Below, one piece after another: positions 40,530 to 50,705 of a DNA stretch of 64,000 nucleotides. The position numbers and the translations under genes were made by a program. The first letter of the stretch is position 1. Every line of letters starts with the position of its first letter. The stretch covers positions 6,336,001-6,400,000 of the forward strand of contig OZ242214.1 of NCBI GenBank assembly GCA_965206595.1, in the 5' to 3' direction. The notes beneath the pieces were generated by a model, which saw only the letters and a list, made by a program, of their open reading frames with translations, was not told the DNA's origin and made no database searches. The DNA is from Candidatus Latescibacterota bacterium (GTDB lineage Bacteria > Latescibacterota > UBA2968 > UBA8231).

Positions 40530-42488
40530 CTATGGAGGCAACTGCTCCCCGGGGCGGGGGATGGCGAGCCCCACCCATTCGGGAGCCCTGCTCCCTCCGC
40601 CGATGGAAACGGCGATGTAGTCGCGGCCGGCTGCGGTGTAGGCGACGGGATTGCCGCTGGCGTTCCCGGGCAGGTCGACGCGGGCGATGAGACGCCCGTC
40701 CAGCAGGTCGTAGGCGGAGAGGTGTTTCTCGGGGTCGATGTAGTACCGTTCGGGGAATCCTCTCAGTCTACCCGGCGGCTCCGAGGCGGCGATCAGCATC
40801 TCCGGGGTCGTCAGCACGAAGACGCGCGAATCCCATCCGAGAGGCGGCAGGTCCAACCCCTTCAGGGCGGGATGGTCGACCGGTCCGAGACCGGTGGGGA
40901 TCATCCAGCGGTGCTCGCCGGTGTTCACGTCGATGGCGGTGATGCGGCCATACGGCGGTTTCAGGAGCGGCAACCCCTGCGGCCCGCCGGAAGAGGAGAA
41001 GACGGGGGTGTACCTCGAGAACGAGGTCTCGCTGTCGAACTCCCTGAGGCCGAAAACGGAAAGCACCGTCCTCGACGGGACGTACACCCAGCCGTTGGGA
41101 TGAGCGGCCCCGCCGCCCCAGTCGGCGCCGCCCACGCCACCCGGCAGGGTCCACGTGCCCCGTGCGCTCGGAGGCGTGTAGAGCGGCCCGAAGTCGTGCC
41201 GTCTGGCGATCTCCAGGGCCTGTTCCCGCAGCTCCGGGGTGAAGTCGATCAGGTCCTCTTCGCCGAATCCCTGGCGGTCGAAGGGCAGGGGCCGGGTCGG
41301 AAAGGGCTGTGTCGGCGAGGGCCGTTCGCCCGGGACCGACGACTGCGGGACAGGGCGCTCTTGCACGGGCCAGAGCGGCTCTCCGGAGACGCGGTCGAAG
41401 ACGTAGGCGAACGCCTGCTTGGTCAGCTGCACGACCGCCTTGACCGGCTTGCCGTCTACTGAAACGTCCATCAGGATGGGCGCCGCGGCGACGTCGTAAT
41501 CCCAGATTCCGTGGTGGATGAGCTGGTAGTGCCAGATGCGGCGTCCGCTGGCGCAGTCGACGCAGGCCAGTGTTTCGGAGAACAGATTGTCGCCCGGCCG
41601 CTCGCCCCCATAGAAGTCGTGGCTCGGGGCGCTGATCGGCAGGTAGGCGTAGCCGAGATCGAGGTCGGCGCTCATCGGGGCCCAGACGTTGGCGCCGCCG
41701 TAGCGTTTCCAGCTGCCCTCCTCCCACGTCTCGCTGCCGAACTCTCCGGCCTGCGGAACGGTGCGGAAAGTCCACAGCAACTCTCCGCTGCGCACGTCGA
41801 AGCCGCGCACGTCGCCGAGGGGCAGAAATTCCGGGACGTCCCTGCCGTTCCACCCGCTATGGCTCGAACCGACGATGACGACGTCCTCACAGACCATGGG
41901 AGGGGAGGAGACGCCGTACAGGTAACGGTCCGCCGGCCTGCGGAGATGCCGCGTCAGGTCGACGCGCCCGCTGTCGCCGAATGCCCTGTCCGGCTCGCCG
42001 CTGACGGCGTCGAGGGAATAGAGGTACGCCGACGAAGTAGCGGTCAGGATGCGCTGCCGGGTACCGTCGCTCCAATAGGCCACGCCGCGACTGGCGTTGA
42101 ATTGCGCTTCCACCTTCCACGCCTCGGGATCGAACGTCCAGAGCTCGCGGCCGGTCGCCGCGTCGAGAGCCGCCACGATGTTGTAGGGGCTGCTGACGTA
42201 GAGGATTCCGCCGACCATCAGCGGCGTGCACTCGTTGCTGCTCGGGTTGATCCTGACGTCCCCGGTCTCGCGGATCCGGGGATCGGGGGCAGGCCAGCGC
42301 CAGATCACCCGCAGTTGCGAAAAGTTGGTGCTGTCGATTCCGCTGATGGGGGCGAAGCGGGTGCTGGCGGCATCGCCGCCGTGGTAGCGCCACTCGAGCT
42401 GCGGCGGTTCCGGCGCCGGGGAGCGAAGGTGGACGCAGGCGCAGAAAGCCAGCGGCAGCGCCCACAGGCTGCGCAGAAGCGAGCTCAC
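40530..42488 (-). CDS. PQQ-dependent quinoprotein dehydrogenase (glucose dehydrogenase-like beta propeller)
   Basis: WRYHGGD, CTPLMVGG, ALDAATGRELW, SRGVAYW, GGANVW, HHGIWDYD, GGADWGG, KPPYGRITAID; GTG overlaps upstream TGA. Confidence 0.9.
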   Translation of the reverse strand: MSSLLRSLWALPLAFCACVHLRSPAPEPPQLEWRYHGGDAASTRFAPISGIDSTNFSQLRVIWRWPAPDPRIRETGDVRINPSSNECTPLMVGGILYVSSPYNIVAALDAATGRELWTFDPEAWKVEAQFNASRGVAYWSDGTRQRILTATSSAYLYSLDAVSGEPDRAFGDSGRVDLTRHLRRPADRYLYGVSSPPMVCEDVVIVGSSHSGWNGRDVPEFLPLGDVRGFDVRSGELLWTFRTVPQAGEFGSETWEEGSWKRYGGANVWAPMSADLDLGYAYLPISAPSHDFYGGERPGDNLFSETLACVDCASGRRIWHYQLIHHGIWDYDVAAAPILMDVSVDGKPVKAVVQLTKQAFAYVFDRVSGEPLWPVQERPVPQSSVPGERPSPTQPFPTRPLPFDRQGFGEEDLIDFTPELREQALEIARRHDFGPLYTPPSARGTWTLPGGVGGADWGGGAAHPNGWVYVPSRTVLSVFGLREFDSETSFSRYTPVFSSSGGPQGLPLLKPPYGRITAIDVNTGEHRWMIPTGLGPVDHPALKGLDLPPLGWDSRVFVLTTPEMLIAASEPPGRLRGFPERYYIDPEKHLSAYDLLDGRLIARVDLPGNASGNPVAYTAAGRDYIAVSIGGGSRAPEWVGLAIPRPGEQLPP

Positions 42489-42790
42489 TGCCGCATGTGG
42501 TGGTAGGCCTCCGTGGCGGACTGCGGGCGCTCGTAGTCGATTGCCCACTCCCGCTCCTCGGCCGGCATCTTGCCGAGCGCCCTTGCCATCTGGCGGATGT
42601 GCGAGCCCTGGCAGCCGCAGCAGCCGACCGCGGCCCGCATCTCCTCGACCACGGGCAGCATGAAGGTCGGGGTCCTGCCAGCAGTTGACGCCGACGATGT
42701 CGGCTCCCGCCTGCTCTAGCGCCTTCGCGGCGTCCCCCGGCGTCATGCCTTCCTTGAGCTTGTCCGTTATCGGTACAGTCACGAGGCCGC
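42485..42790 (-). pseudogene. Homocysteine S-methyltransferase (BHMT-like) C-terminal remnant
   Basis: AGADIVGVNC and CCGCQGSHIRQMARALG Zn-ligand motifs brought together by internal deletion and frameshift; N-terminus missing. Confidence 0.7.
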
Positions 42791-43276
42791 TCCTTTGGTG
42801 GGAAGTAAAAGCGGTTCCGCTGTCACCGTGGCGGCGAGGCGCTCGCCGAAGTACTCGATCTCGACGCCGGTTCCCGGCGCGGCGTTCCGCACCGGCAGGT
42901 AGCCGTAGGCGATATGCCTGCCGACCGTGTAGCCGCGGTTGCTGCTGGTGACCGAGCCCAGCACCCGCTCCCCTCCGAGGATCGGTTCCTTCCCGAGGAT
43001 AATCGCCTCCAGGTCGTCGAGGGTCATGCAGCTCAGCCGGCGCTTCACCCCCCGCTCGCGCAGCGCCAGCAGGGCGTCCCGGCCGAGGAAGTTCCCCTTG
43101 TCGAGCTTCACCGTCCAGCCGAGGCCGGCCTCGAAGGGGTCGTGCCCGGTGTCGATGTCGCTGCCCCGCAGGCGGTACCCCCTCTCCAGGCGCAGCGAGT
43201 CGAAGGCCCCCGACCCCAGGGCGGCGATCCCGGCGTCTTGCCCCGCCTGACCCGGGCTGGCGCCAGCCTCCTTCAC
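42779..43276 (-). pseudogene. GcvT-family (dimethylglycine/sarcosine dehydrogenase-like) C-terminal remnant
   Basis: AFDSLRLERGYR, PFEAGLGW, FLGRDAL, GSVTS...GYTVGRHIAYGYLP, VEIEYFG; N-terminal part absent. Confidence 0.75.
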
Positions 43277-43311
43277 TTGCCCCGCCCCGCGGGCAATCCC
43301 TTCTTCGCTTC

Positions 43312-45639
43312 ATGCTGCTCCCGCTGATTATCGCCGCTGCGGCGGCGGCCGCCCAGGCCGCCGGATCCCCGCCGTTCACCCTGGTGCAGGCGTTCCCCAC
43401 TCTGCCGGTAGAGTCCCCGGTCTTCATGGGACCGTCCGGGGACGGCAGCGGCCGTCTCTTCCTCGCGGAGAAATCAGGCCTGATCCGGGTGTTCCACCCG
43501 GCGCGGCAGGACACCGGCGCCGTCTTCATCGACCTGCAGCCCCAGGCGCGCGACTTCAGGCCGGAGACCGGCCTCCTCGGGCTGGCCTTCCATCCCGGGT
43601 TCGCCGCCAACGGGCGCTTCTTCGTGCACTACTCCGGGGAGAGCTTCCGCACCGTGCTGTCGGAGTTCCGCGTTTCCGGGGAGGACCCGGACCGCGCCGA
43701 CCCGGAGGAGCGGATCCGCCTCGTGGTTTCCCAGCCGACAGACAGCCACAACGGCGGCCACATCGAGTTCGGCCCCGACGGCTACCTCTACATGGGCCTC
43801 GGAGACGGCGGCGGCGTGGAGGGAGTGGAACGCTACGATCACGGCCAGGACCTCACCACCCTTCTCGGGACGATCCTGCGGCTCGACGTCGACGCCGGCG
43901 GCGAGGGGTACGGCATTCCCGCGGACAACCCGTTCGCCGGCAACGAGCGCGGCTGGCGCGAGGAGATATGGGCCTTCGGCCTGCGCAATCCCTGGCGTTT
44001 CAGCTTCGACCCGTTCTCCGGGCTGATCTGGGTGGGGGACGTCGGCGAGAAGGACCGCGAAGAGATCGACCTCGTCGAGCGGGGCGGCAACTACGGCTGG
44101 GCGCGCATGGAGGGGACCCTGTGCCGGGACGCGGACGGCTGTGACGACGGTCTCATCCCGCCGGTGTTCGAGTACGGGCGCGAGGAGGGGGTGGCCGTGA
44201 TCGGGGGGTTCGTGTACCAGGGAAGCCGCTGGCCGCAGCTGGCCGGCCTCTACCTGTTCGGCGACTTCGGCTCGCGCAAGGTCTGGGCCCTGCGCCGGGA
44301 CGGGGAGGCCTGGAGCAGCGAGCTGCTGGCGGTGGCCGACGACCACGTCCTCGCCTTCGGGCGGGACGCCGCGGACGAGCTGTACGTGCTGGCGAGCAAT
44401 GCCGTGTACCGGCTCGAGTCCGCGGCAGGGCGGGAACTGCCGCCGCCGCGGCTGTCGCAGACCGGGGTCTTCTCCAGCATGGCCTCACAGGAGCCGGCCG
44501 CCGGGGTGGCGCCGTACGAGGTCAACGCCCCGCTCTGGTCGGACGGCGCCGGCAAGCGGCGCTACCTCGTGCTGCCGGAGGGGGGGCGCATCCGCTTCCG
44601 GAGCGGCGGCGCCTGGGAGCTTCCGAACGGGACCGTGCTCGTCAAGAGCTTCTACGCCGGAGAGCGGATCGCCGAGACGCGGCTGCTGATCAAGCGCTCC
44701 GGCTACCCGGGATGGGACGGCTACTCCTACAAATGGAATGACGAGGAGACCGAGGCCTTCCTGCTTGAGGTGGCCGAGACCGCGGAGTACGCGGTCTCCT
44801 CGCCGGACGGGGCCCGCATCCACAGCCACTACTTCCCGTCGCGCGGCCAGTGCGGCGACTGCCACACGCCGGCGTCCGGGTACGTGCTCGGCCTGCGCAC
44901 GGGGCAGATGAACCGCGGCGGCCGGATCGAGAGCTGGGAACGGGACGGGCTGTTCGCCGGCGAGCTGCCGCCCCCCGGGACCTGGGCGAAGTGGCCTGAG
45001 CCCGCGGACGAGAGCGTCCCCCTGGAGCCGCGGGCTCGCGCCTACCTCGCCGCCAACTGCGCCAACTGCCATCGCCCGGGCCACGGCATCCGCGCCGAGT
45101 TCGACCTGCGCTTCGACACGCCGCTGACAGAGACAGGGATCCTCGAGCGCGCCCGGCTCGGAAATATTGGAGTGCACGAGGCAAAGGTCGTGGAGCCGGG
45201 GGAGCCGGGGCGCTCCCTGCTGTACCTGCGCATGCTCGAAACCGGCAGGTGGCGCATGCCGCCGCTGGCGACCGCCCTGATCGACACGCAGGGGGCGCGG
45301 CTGGTGAGCCGCTGGATCGAGCGCCTCGGGGATCCGACCGCAATCGAGGTGGCCCTGGGCGGGGAGCTTCTTCCGCGGGAGTTCGCCCTGCTGCCGCCGT
45401 ATCCCAACCCGGCCAACGCAAGCCTGTCGATACCGTTCGCTCTCGGCGCTTTGGGGGATGCCCGGCTGGAGGTGTTCAGCCTCGCGGGCCAACGGGTCGA
45501 GACGCTGCTGGAGGGAACGACTCCGGCCGGCCGCCACTTGCTGCGCTGGGACAGCGCAGGCAACGCGAGCGGGGTCTACGTGGTCCGCCTGATGGCGGGG
45601 AGCCGGATGCAGTCGCGCAAGGTCATGCTGCTGCGCTGA
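43312..45639 (+). CDS. PQQ-dependent sugar dehydrogenase (GSDH) fused to a diheme c-type cytochrome domain and T9SS/FlgD-like tail
   Basis: GLLGLAFHP, HNGG...FGPDGYLY, GLRNPWRFSFD; VNAPLWSDGA, CGDCH, CANCH, MPP; PYPNP...SGVYVVRL. Confidence 0.88.
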   Translation: MLLPLIIAAAAAAAQAAGSPPFTLVQAFPTLPVESPVFMGPSGDGSGRLFLAEKSGLIRVFHPARQDTGAVFIDLQPQARDFRPETGLLGLAFHPGFAANGRFFVHYSGESFRTVLSEFRVSGEDPDRADPEERIRLVVSQPTDSHNGGHIEFGPDGYLYMGLGDGGGVEGVERYDHGQDLTTLLGTILRLDVDAGGEGYGIPADNPFAGNERGWREEIWAFGLRNPWRFSFDPFSGLIWVGDVGEKDREEIDLVERGGNYGWARMEGTLCRDADGCDDGLIPPVFEYGREEGVAVIGGFVYQGSRWPQLAGLYLFGDFGSRKVWALRRDGEAWSSELLAVADDHVLAFGRDAADELYVLASNAVYRLESAAGRELPPPRLSQTGVFSSMASQEPAAGVAPYEVNAPLWSDGAGKRRYLVLPEGGRIRFRSGGAWELPNGTVLVKSFYAGERIAETRLLIKRSGYPGWDGYSYKWNDEETEAFLLEVAETAEYAVSSPDGARIHSHYFPSRGQCGDCHTPASGYVLGLRTGQMNRGGRIESWERDGLFAGELPPPGTWAKWPEPADESVPLEPRARAYLAANCANCHRPGHGIRAEFDLRFDTPLTETGILERARLGNIGVHEAKVVEPGEPGRSLLYLRMLETGRWRMPPLATALIDTQGARLVSRWIERLGDPTAIEVALGGELLPREFALLPPYPNPANASLSIPFALGALGDARLEVFSLAGQRVETLLEGTTPAGRHLLRWDSAGNASGVYVVRLMAGSRMQSRKVMLLR

Positions 45640-45661
45640 GCCGGGGGGCGAGCCGGTTAAG

Positions 45662-47522
45662 CCTTTGTTATTCATTCAACCCGCGCATAAGCGGACATAG
45701 GCGCTTCCGAGACCCCTTCGCTTAGCCTCAGAGGCTTGCGTCCCTTCTATAGTCGGCTTTTTGGGTAGAGCCGTCTCCTTATCTCTACCGACCTTGTTGA
45801 AATTGTACGCGCCTTCTCGAAGACGCTTGCCTTTGCGAGCCCATCATCCCGACCGACCCGGCCTGCGCTTACGCCATCGCCGCGTCCACCGGTTTGAGCG
45901 TGGCCAGAAATCTCCACAGACGATCCCAGGCAGCCGCCGTCCCTTGGGTCAGGATGACGCCCACCCTGCGCCCATGCAAGGTGACGCGGGACGGCAGGCG
46001 CAGGTAGCGCCGTCGAAAACTGTCCAGGCTCAGGGCCGTCGTCGAGCGTCCGTATGTGCGGGGCCGCCCGCGTCGGGCCTCGGCGCGTTCGGCGGCCTGG
46101 CGGCCCAGGTGAAGCAGGTTGTAGGCCAGCAGGTTCAAGGTCAGAAGCGCCTGGTTGGCAGCGAAGGCATCCCGGGACGGGGTGCGCTGACGCGGCTCTC
46201 GACCCCGGTAGTGTTGCTTGCGACGGGTGGTAGAGGAGAGCTGAGGCTGGAGGGTGGAGCTCAACTCGCCGAGCATGCGCTCGAAAAGGCCGCGCTGACG
46301 ATAAAAGGCGACCAGGTCGCGGCCGCTCATCGTCTGGGGACTCTGGTCGGTGATCAGGAAGAAGTGGCGGGCGATGGGCAGCTCTTCCGTCTCGGAAGGG
46401 ACCAGGACCAACACCACCCGCCGGGGCTGCGCCCAGGACCTGGCTTGATAGCGCAGCTCGCGACAGCGAAAACCCTCTTCCCGCAGCTCTTCCGGGTGCT
46501 GCGCCAGCTCCTGCTGATAGCCTTCCACCCAGGCACGAGCCAGCTCCTCCAGGCGCGCATTCTTCTTGATGCGCGCCACGTACGAGGTGTCGGCCCGCGC
46601 TTCCAGCTCACTCAGGAAAGACCCGCTCACCGAGGCCGCGTCGAAGCGCAGGATGAGGCGCCGGGCCAGATGCGACTGAATCCAGTCCAAGCGCTTGCCG
46701 AGAGCCTCTGAGGCACCCTCATGGGCGTGCACGTTGCCCGGCCGCAGCACGGCACCGAAGAAATCGCCCGTCTGCGCCGAGCCGAGGAGCAGGGGATGGT
46801 ACCCCGAGGCGTGGAAGTAGCCGTTGTATTCGACCCCCGCCTGGTGCCCGTGCGCCGGCATCGGCAGGGCATCCATGTCGACGGCCAACTCCTCGTATTT
46901 CATCCGTCCTTCCAGCAGCCGGCAACGAGACCGGGCGCTGCGCAGGACGGCTTCCTCCAACACCTCGCGGTTATAGGCAGTCGAGGCTTGCTCGAGCAGG
47001 CGCGACAGCGTCGGCTGACTGGCCAGTCCCTGCGGCCGGTCTTCGTCGCCGCTGCGCAACGGCGCCTGCCCTTTGCGATCGCTGACCGCCAGACGCAGGA
47101 TCGGATCTTGGCGCAACGCGTCGGCGTCGGCGGCGTGGGTCCAGCCCTGTGCCAGCAGCACGATCTGTGTGCGCAGCAGCTCCGGCAGCGGGTGCGTGAT
47201 CTGGTCTTGGGTACGGAGATCCTCGAAGTGGGCGTCGACCCAATCCAGAACCCGGCTGTGTTCGAGCAGTTGACGCAACATCAGCGCACCGGTGTCGCTG
47301 CCAAGGTGGGTGGGGCGGGCTTCGATGTGGATGGAGCGGTTGAAAGACGGCTGAATCGGCCCGGCTTGCTCGGACTCGGTGTGTGACGGTAATTCACCCA
47401 TTGGGTGTCCTACTGTGTGATGGGTTCAAAGGGCGATACTGCCTTGTGTTTCCCTCTGAAATCTAAGCATGGGAGGCACCCAGTACAGCCCTCTCCACTA
47501 AAATTCCATGAATAACAAGGGG
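45662..47522 (-). mobile_element. IS1380-family insertion sequence, apparently complete
   Basis: Ends CCTTTGTTATTCAT (45662) and ATGAATAACAAGGGG (47508-47522) are imperfect inverted repeats; TAAG flanks both sides (45658-45661, 47523-47526). Confidence 0.85.
45869..47401 (-). CDS. IS1380-family transposase
   Basis: SDTGALMLR, DADALRQDP, LASQPTLSRL, DMD...HGHQ...YNGY...YHPL, LRPGN, RFDA, FYRQRG..E, FAANQ. Confidence 0.92.
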   Translation of the reverse strand: MGELPSHTESEQAGPIQPSFNRSIHIEARPTHLGSDTGALMLRQLLEHSRVLDWVDAHFEDLRTQDQITHPLPELLRTQIVLLAQGWTHAADADALRQDPILRLAVSDRKGQAPLRSGDEDRPQGLASQPTLSRLLEQASTAYNREVLEEAVLRSARSRCRLLEGRMKYEELAVDMDALPMPAHGHQAGVEYNGYFHASGYHPLLLGSAQTGDFFGAVLRPGNVHAHEGASEALGKRLDWIQSHLARRLILRFDAASVSGSFLSELEARADTSYVARIKKNARLEELARAWVEGYQQELAQHPEELREEGFRCRELRYQARSWAQPRRVVLVLVPSETEELPIARHFFLITDQSPQTMSGRDLVAFYRQRGLFERMLGELSSTLQPQLSSTTRRKQHYRGREPRQRTPSRDAFAANQALLTLNLLAYNLLHLGRQAAERAEARRGRPRTYGRSTTALSLDSFRRRYLRLPSRVTLHGRRVGVILTQGTAAAWDRLWRFLATLKPVDAAMA

Positions 47523-47763
47523 TAAGATAAGTGAGAAACCAAGCGAGATCGGAAAATCCTGTGCCTAGGATGGAAGAGCAAGAAGGTGGGTAGGTTCCTG
47601 GCTGAACAGGGTGTATTTTCTTTCAGCTGGTAGCTGTTGAACGGGGAAAACCAAATGAGTTGACCGACCGCTTTGGTCAACTTGGAATTTCGTAGTGATC
47701 GCGGCATCGGATCAGTGCTGATTTGGGAAGCCCCAAGCGGGGAAAGAAGGAGGAAAAAGAAAA

Positions 47764-48027
47764 GTGACAGAACGTCGCGTAACTGTTCCGGGGCCTGATG
47801 GAAATAGTGTGGAGGGGGTAGTGGTTGGCATCATAGAATCTAGAGAGAAATTCAGCGAAATACGCCTTGAGGACGGAACAACTTTGAGAATGAAGCCAAA
47901 CATCCAGAGAGTTGTTCGGCTGACTGATATGTGGGATGATGAAGGGAATCCGCTATACTGGGTTTCTCATAATGCGATAATTTCGATTCACGAGGCCCCG
48001 TCAGATCTTCTGAAGAGGTTGAAATGA
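47764..48027 (+). CDS. Small hypothetical protein
   Basis: AGGAGG upstream of GTG; ATGA overlap with next gene; low-GC patch. Confidence 0.6.
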   Translation: MTERRVTVPGPDGNSVEGVVVGIIESREKFSEIRLEDGTTLRMKPNIQRVVRLTDMWDDEGNPLYWVSHNAIISIHEAPSDLLKRLK

Positions 48028-48440
48028 AAGAACTCATTCACCCATTGTATAGAAGTCGGACGGGGATTGCCCAAGGTAGCAGTGCGGTTTCTTTTTCTGG
48101 GTCTGACCGCGTTGTCGCTGCACAGGACGATTTTGACCCCAAAAAGTCCTCCGTTGCCCCCACCCGGGGGGTTTTGACCAGGTTGAGCAGGGACGAAGAT
48201 TGCAACTACCCTGGAATTGTAAAAACACCTGGAATTTGTGGAGGAGACGCTCGAATAGAGAACACAAGAATCCCAGTCTGGGGGTTAGTGCGTTCTAAAG
48301 AGTTGGTAGAGGATGATGAAAAGCTATTGGAGGCATATCCCAATTTGACTATGCAGGATTTAAAAAATGCATGGAATTACTACCACAATAACTATAGGGA
48401 GATAGACAACAGCATTTACGAAAACGAGAAAGACCAGTAA
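48024..48440 (+). CDS. DUF433 domain protein (VapB45-like antitoxin)
   Basis: IVKTPGICGGDARIENTRIPVW...AYPNLT..DL..AW.YY. Confidence 0.85.
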   Translation: MKELIHPLYRSRTGIAQGSSAVSFSGSDRVVAAQDDFDPKKSSVAPTRGVLTRLSRDEDCNYPGIVKTPGICGGDARIENTRIPVWGLVRSKELVEDDEKLLEAYPNLTMQDLKNAWNYYHNNYREIDNSIYENEKDQ

Positions 48441-48441
48441 C

Positions 48442-48475
48442 ATGGCGAAGCTGTATTCCAATGAACATTTTCCAT
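48442..48475 (+). pseudogene. Truncated DUF5615 (VapC45-like PIN) toxin, first ~11 codons only
   Basis: MAKLYSNEHFP directly after DUF433 matches the usual partner N-terminus; similarity ends abruptly. Confidence 0.55.
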
Positions 48476-48649
48476 ATTCTCAAAATCGCTGTCCTCCACT
48501 CGCTTCATTCTTTAGCAAATCTCTTGTACTGTTGATGGTAACTGTCCCTGACAGTGGCCCCCTGTTCGGGGTAGAGTTGTTCAGGCTGTTGAAACAGACC
48601 ATAGGGACGCCGATCTGTCCGGCGGGAGAAAATTCCGGCCAGTATTGCC

Positions 48650-49462
48650 TTAGCGTCCGCGCGCGAGCAGCTTGCGCACCTTCTCCTCGTCACCGGGATT
48701 GGTGACGCCGATCCAGTCCTCGCTGGAGACGTACACGTCCATCACCAGCTTTCCGGATGAAACGAGACGGTCGATCTCGGTCGGCAGCAGGCACTCCGCC
48801 GCGGGATCGCCGGCATGCTCCGCCTTGAAGGAGGCGAGCGCCTCTTCGAACAGCGCCAGCGCCGGAGGGTGGAACCCGAACAGGTTGACGTTGCCGAGGG
48901 TGTCCGGCGTCAGGCCCCGGGCCTCGATGTTGTCGCGGTCGAGATCGAACAGTTCGGTGGCCGCCTTCAGGGTCCCGTCCTCGTTGAGTTCGAAGACCCC
49001 CCGGTTCACCGTCCCTTCCTCGGGCAGCATCTTCGCCAGCGGGAACCCCACGGTGGCGGCGTTCCCCGACCTCGCCAGGTGATCGGTGAGGAGCCTGAAC
49101 GCCTGCTCGCCGCATAGGTCGTCGCCGTTGGAGACCACGAACGGACCGCCGGTGAAGTCCCGGGCGGCGCAGACCGCATCGACGGTGCCCCACGGCTTCT
49201 TCCGGGCCGCGGGGTCGAACTCCTGCAGGGCGTAGTCGACCGGAACCCCCCTGTGCCCGGAGCCGAACAGCTCCTCGAAATGGGTGCGCGTGGCTTCGCC
49301 GACGACGAAGACGATCCGGGAAATTCCCGCGCTCAGCGCCTGGTCGAGAATCAGCTCGACGAGCCTTTCATTGTTGGGGCCGACCTTTGCGAACCCCTTG
49401 ATGCGGCCGCCGAAACGCCGCGAGAGGCCCGCGACCATGCAGACGAGTGTGACCTCGGACAT
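48650..49462 (-). CDS. Sugar-phosphate nucleotidyltransferase family protein
   Basis: MVAGLSRRFGG, KVGPN, RKKPWGT, VSNGDD, GTVNRG, WIGVTNPGD. Confidence 0.85.
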   Translation of the reverse strand: MSEVTLVCMVAGLSRRFGGRIKGFAKVGPNNERLVELILDQALSAGISRIVFVVGEATRTHFEELFGSGHRGVPVDYALQEFDPAARKKPWGTVDAVCAARDFTGGPFVVSNGDDLCGEQAFRLLTDHLARSGNAATVGFPLAKMLPEEGTVNRGVFELNEDGTLKAATELFDLDRDNIEARGLTPDTLGNVNLFGFHPPALALFEEALASFKAEHAGDPAAECLLPTEIDRLVSSGKLVMDVYVSSEDWIGVTNPGDEEKVRKLLARGR

Positions 49463-49780
49463 ACGTCGAAACCGTCAGGAAATGGGGGATGAAGCAGTTG
49501 CGGCAGGGGATTCGTCCAACATAGGGGCTGCCCGGTTGCGCGCAAACACCCATCCCTCGGCTCTTCCCGGCGCCTGGTTGCGGCCGCGCGACACCCTCAG
49601 GCGAGCCTGAAAAGCCGGGGCATGCCGGCGCCTTCCCGTAATCGCGCCAATCCCTGCCGGGCAACCCTCCCTCAAGGCGGCGGCAATTCCCGCGAGTACC
49701 GTGAAGCCGGCCGGCACCGCTGAATTTCAGTATCGTCACCGGGACAACTCGAAAGTTCCCACTCCAACCTGGAGGTCGCC

Positions 49781-50705
49781 ATGCCGCGGTTGCGCCCCCT
49801 GCCCTTCGTCTACCCTCCTTTCGACTTCCTCGAGGACGAGCGCGTCCAGGACGAGCTGATCGCCGGCGGGGTCGGCGACCTGATGCTCGTCTTCGGCCAC
49901 CTCTACGACGAACGCCCGCACCAGGAGGCGGCGCCCCGCGGCGCCCGCACCAATGGGCGGTTCGTTCGCGATTACTTCGCCACCCCCCGCCGCGGGCGCA
50001 TGGTCCCGGCGGCATTCCGGGCTACCCCCGAGCTCTACGAAGGGGTCGGCGCCAGGCCCCCGGAGCTGCCGCCCGGGATGGAGGAGAAGTCCGAGCGCCT
50101 CGGGGCCGTGATCGAGCAGCTGTCGTCCAAGGGAGTGCGGGTCTGCGTCTTCGGCTACCTCGGCGAGGGCCCGGACGGAGAGGCCGAGTGGGCGTCCGAA
50201 GAGTCGAGGCGGGACCACGGCTGGGAGTACGTCGAAGCCCGCGTCCGCGACTTCCTGCTGCACTTCCCGTCGCTGGCCGGCTTCGTCACCGACGGCCCCG
50301 GATTCGGGTACGAGATCACCCCCGGCTTCACCGGCGGAGGTCCGCTGACCTTCGCGCCGCTGCCAACAGGAGAGGATGCCCGGGCCCTCGCCGCGGAGCT
50401 AGGCGGCGACCTGGAAGAGATGAATGCGGCATCCGGCCGGCTGCGCGAGTGCCTGCGGGGCCTCACCCCGGAGAAGGTCGACCTGTTCCTCGACAGCCAG
50501 GCCGGCATCTTCGACGCCGTCGACCTGTTGATGGAGGACGACGCCGTCGTCGACCTGCTGCGCTTCAAGACCCTGGCGACCGAGCGCCAGGTCGCGGCGA
50601 TGAGCCGGGCCATCAAGGCGGCCGACCCCCGGCTCGAGTACGGCATCTGCCCCCGGTTGCCCTGCTTCGTCCCCTTCCAGGGCTGCAACTTCCGCCGCCT
50701 CCACC
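49781..50705 (+). pseudogene. Hypothetical protein, apparently 3'-truncated
   Basis: GGAGG RBS and strong codon bias to about 50705, then the frame runs on as low-complexity antisense of mazG to a stop at 51295. Confidence 0.55.

Noticed and set aside
40530-43610. 1026-aa ORF as one fusion protein
   Set aside because: Only the part from 42488 is the PQQ enzyme; upstream is mostly out-of-frame read-through of pseudogene fragments
49463-49780. GC-rich intergenic region as riboswitch or ncRNA (also 2330-2710 and 30845-31090)
   Set aside because: No recognisable conserved RNA motif by eye; would need an Rfam/Infernal search
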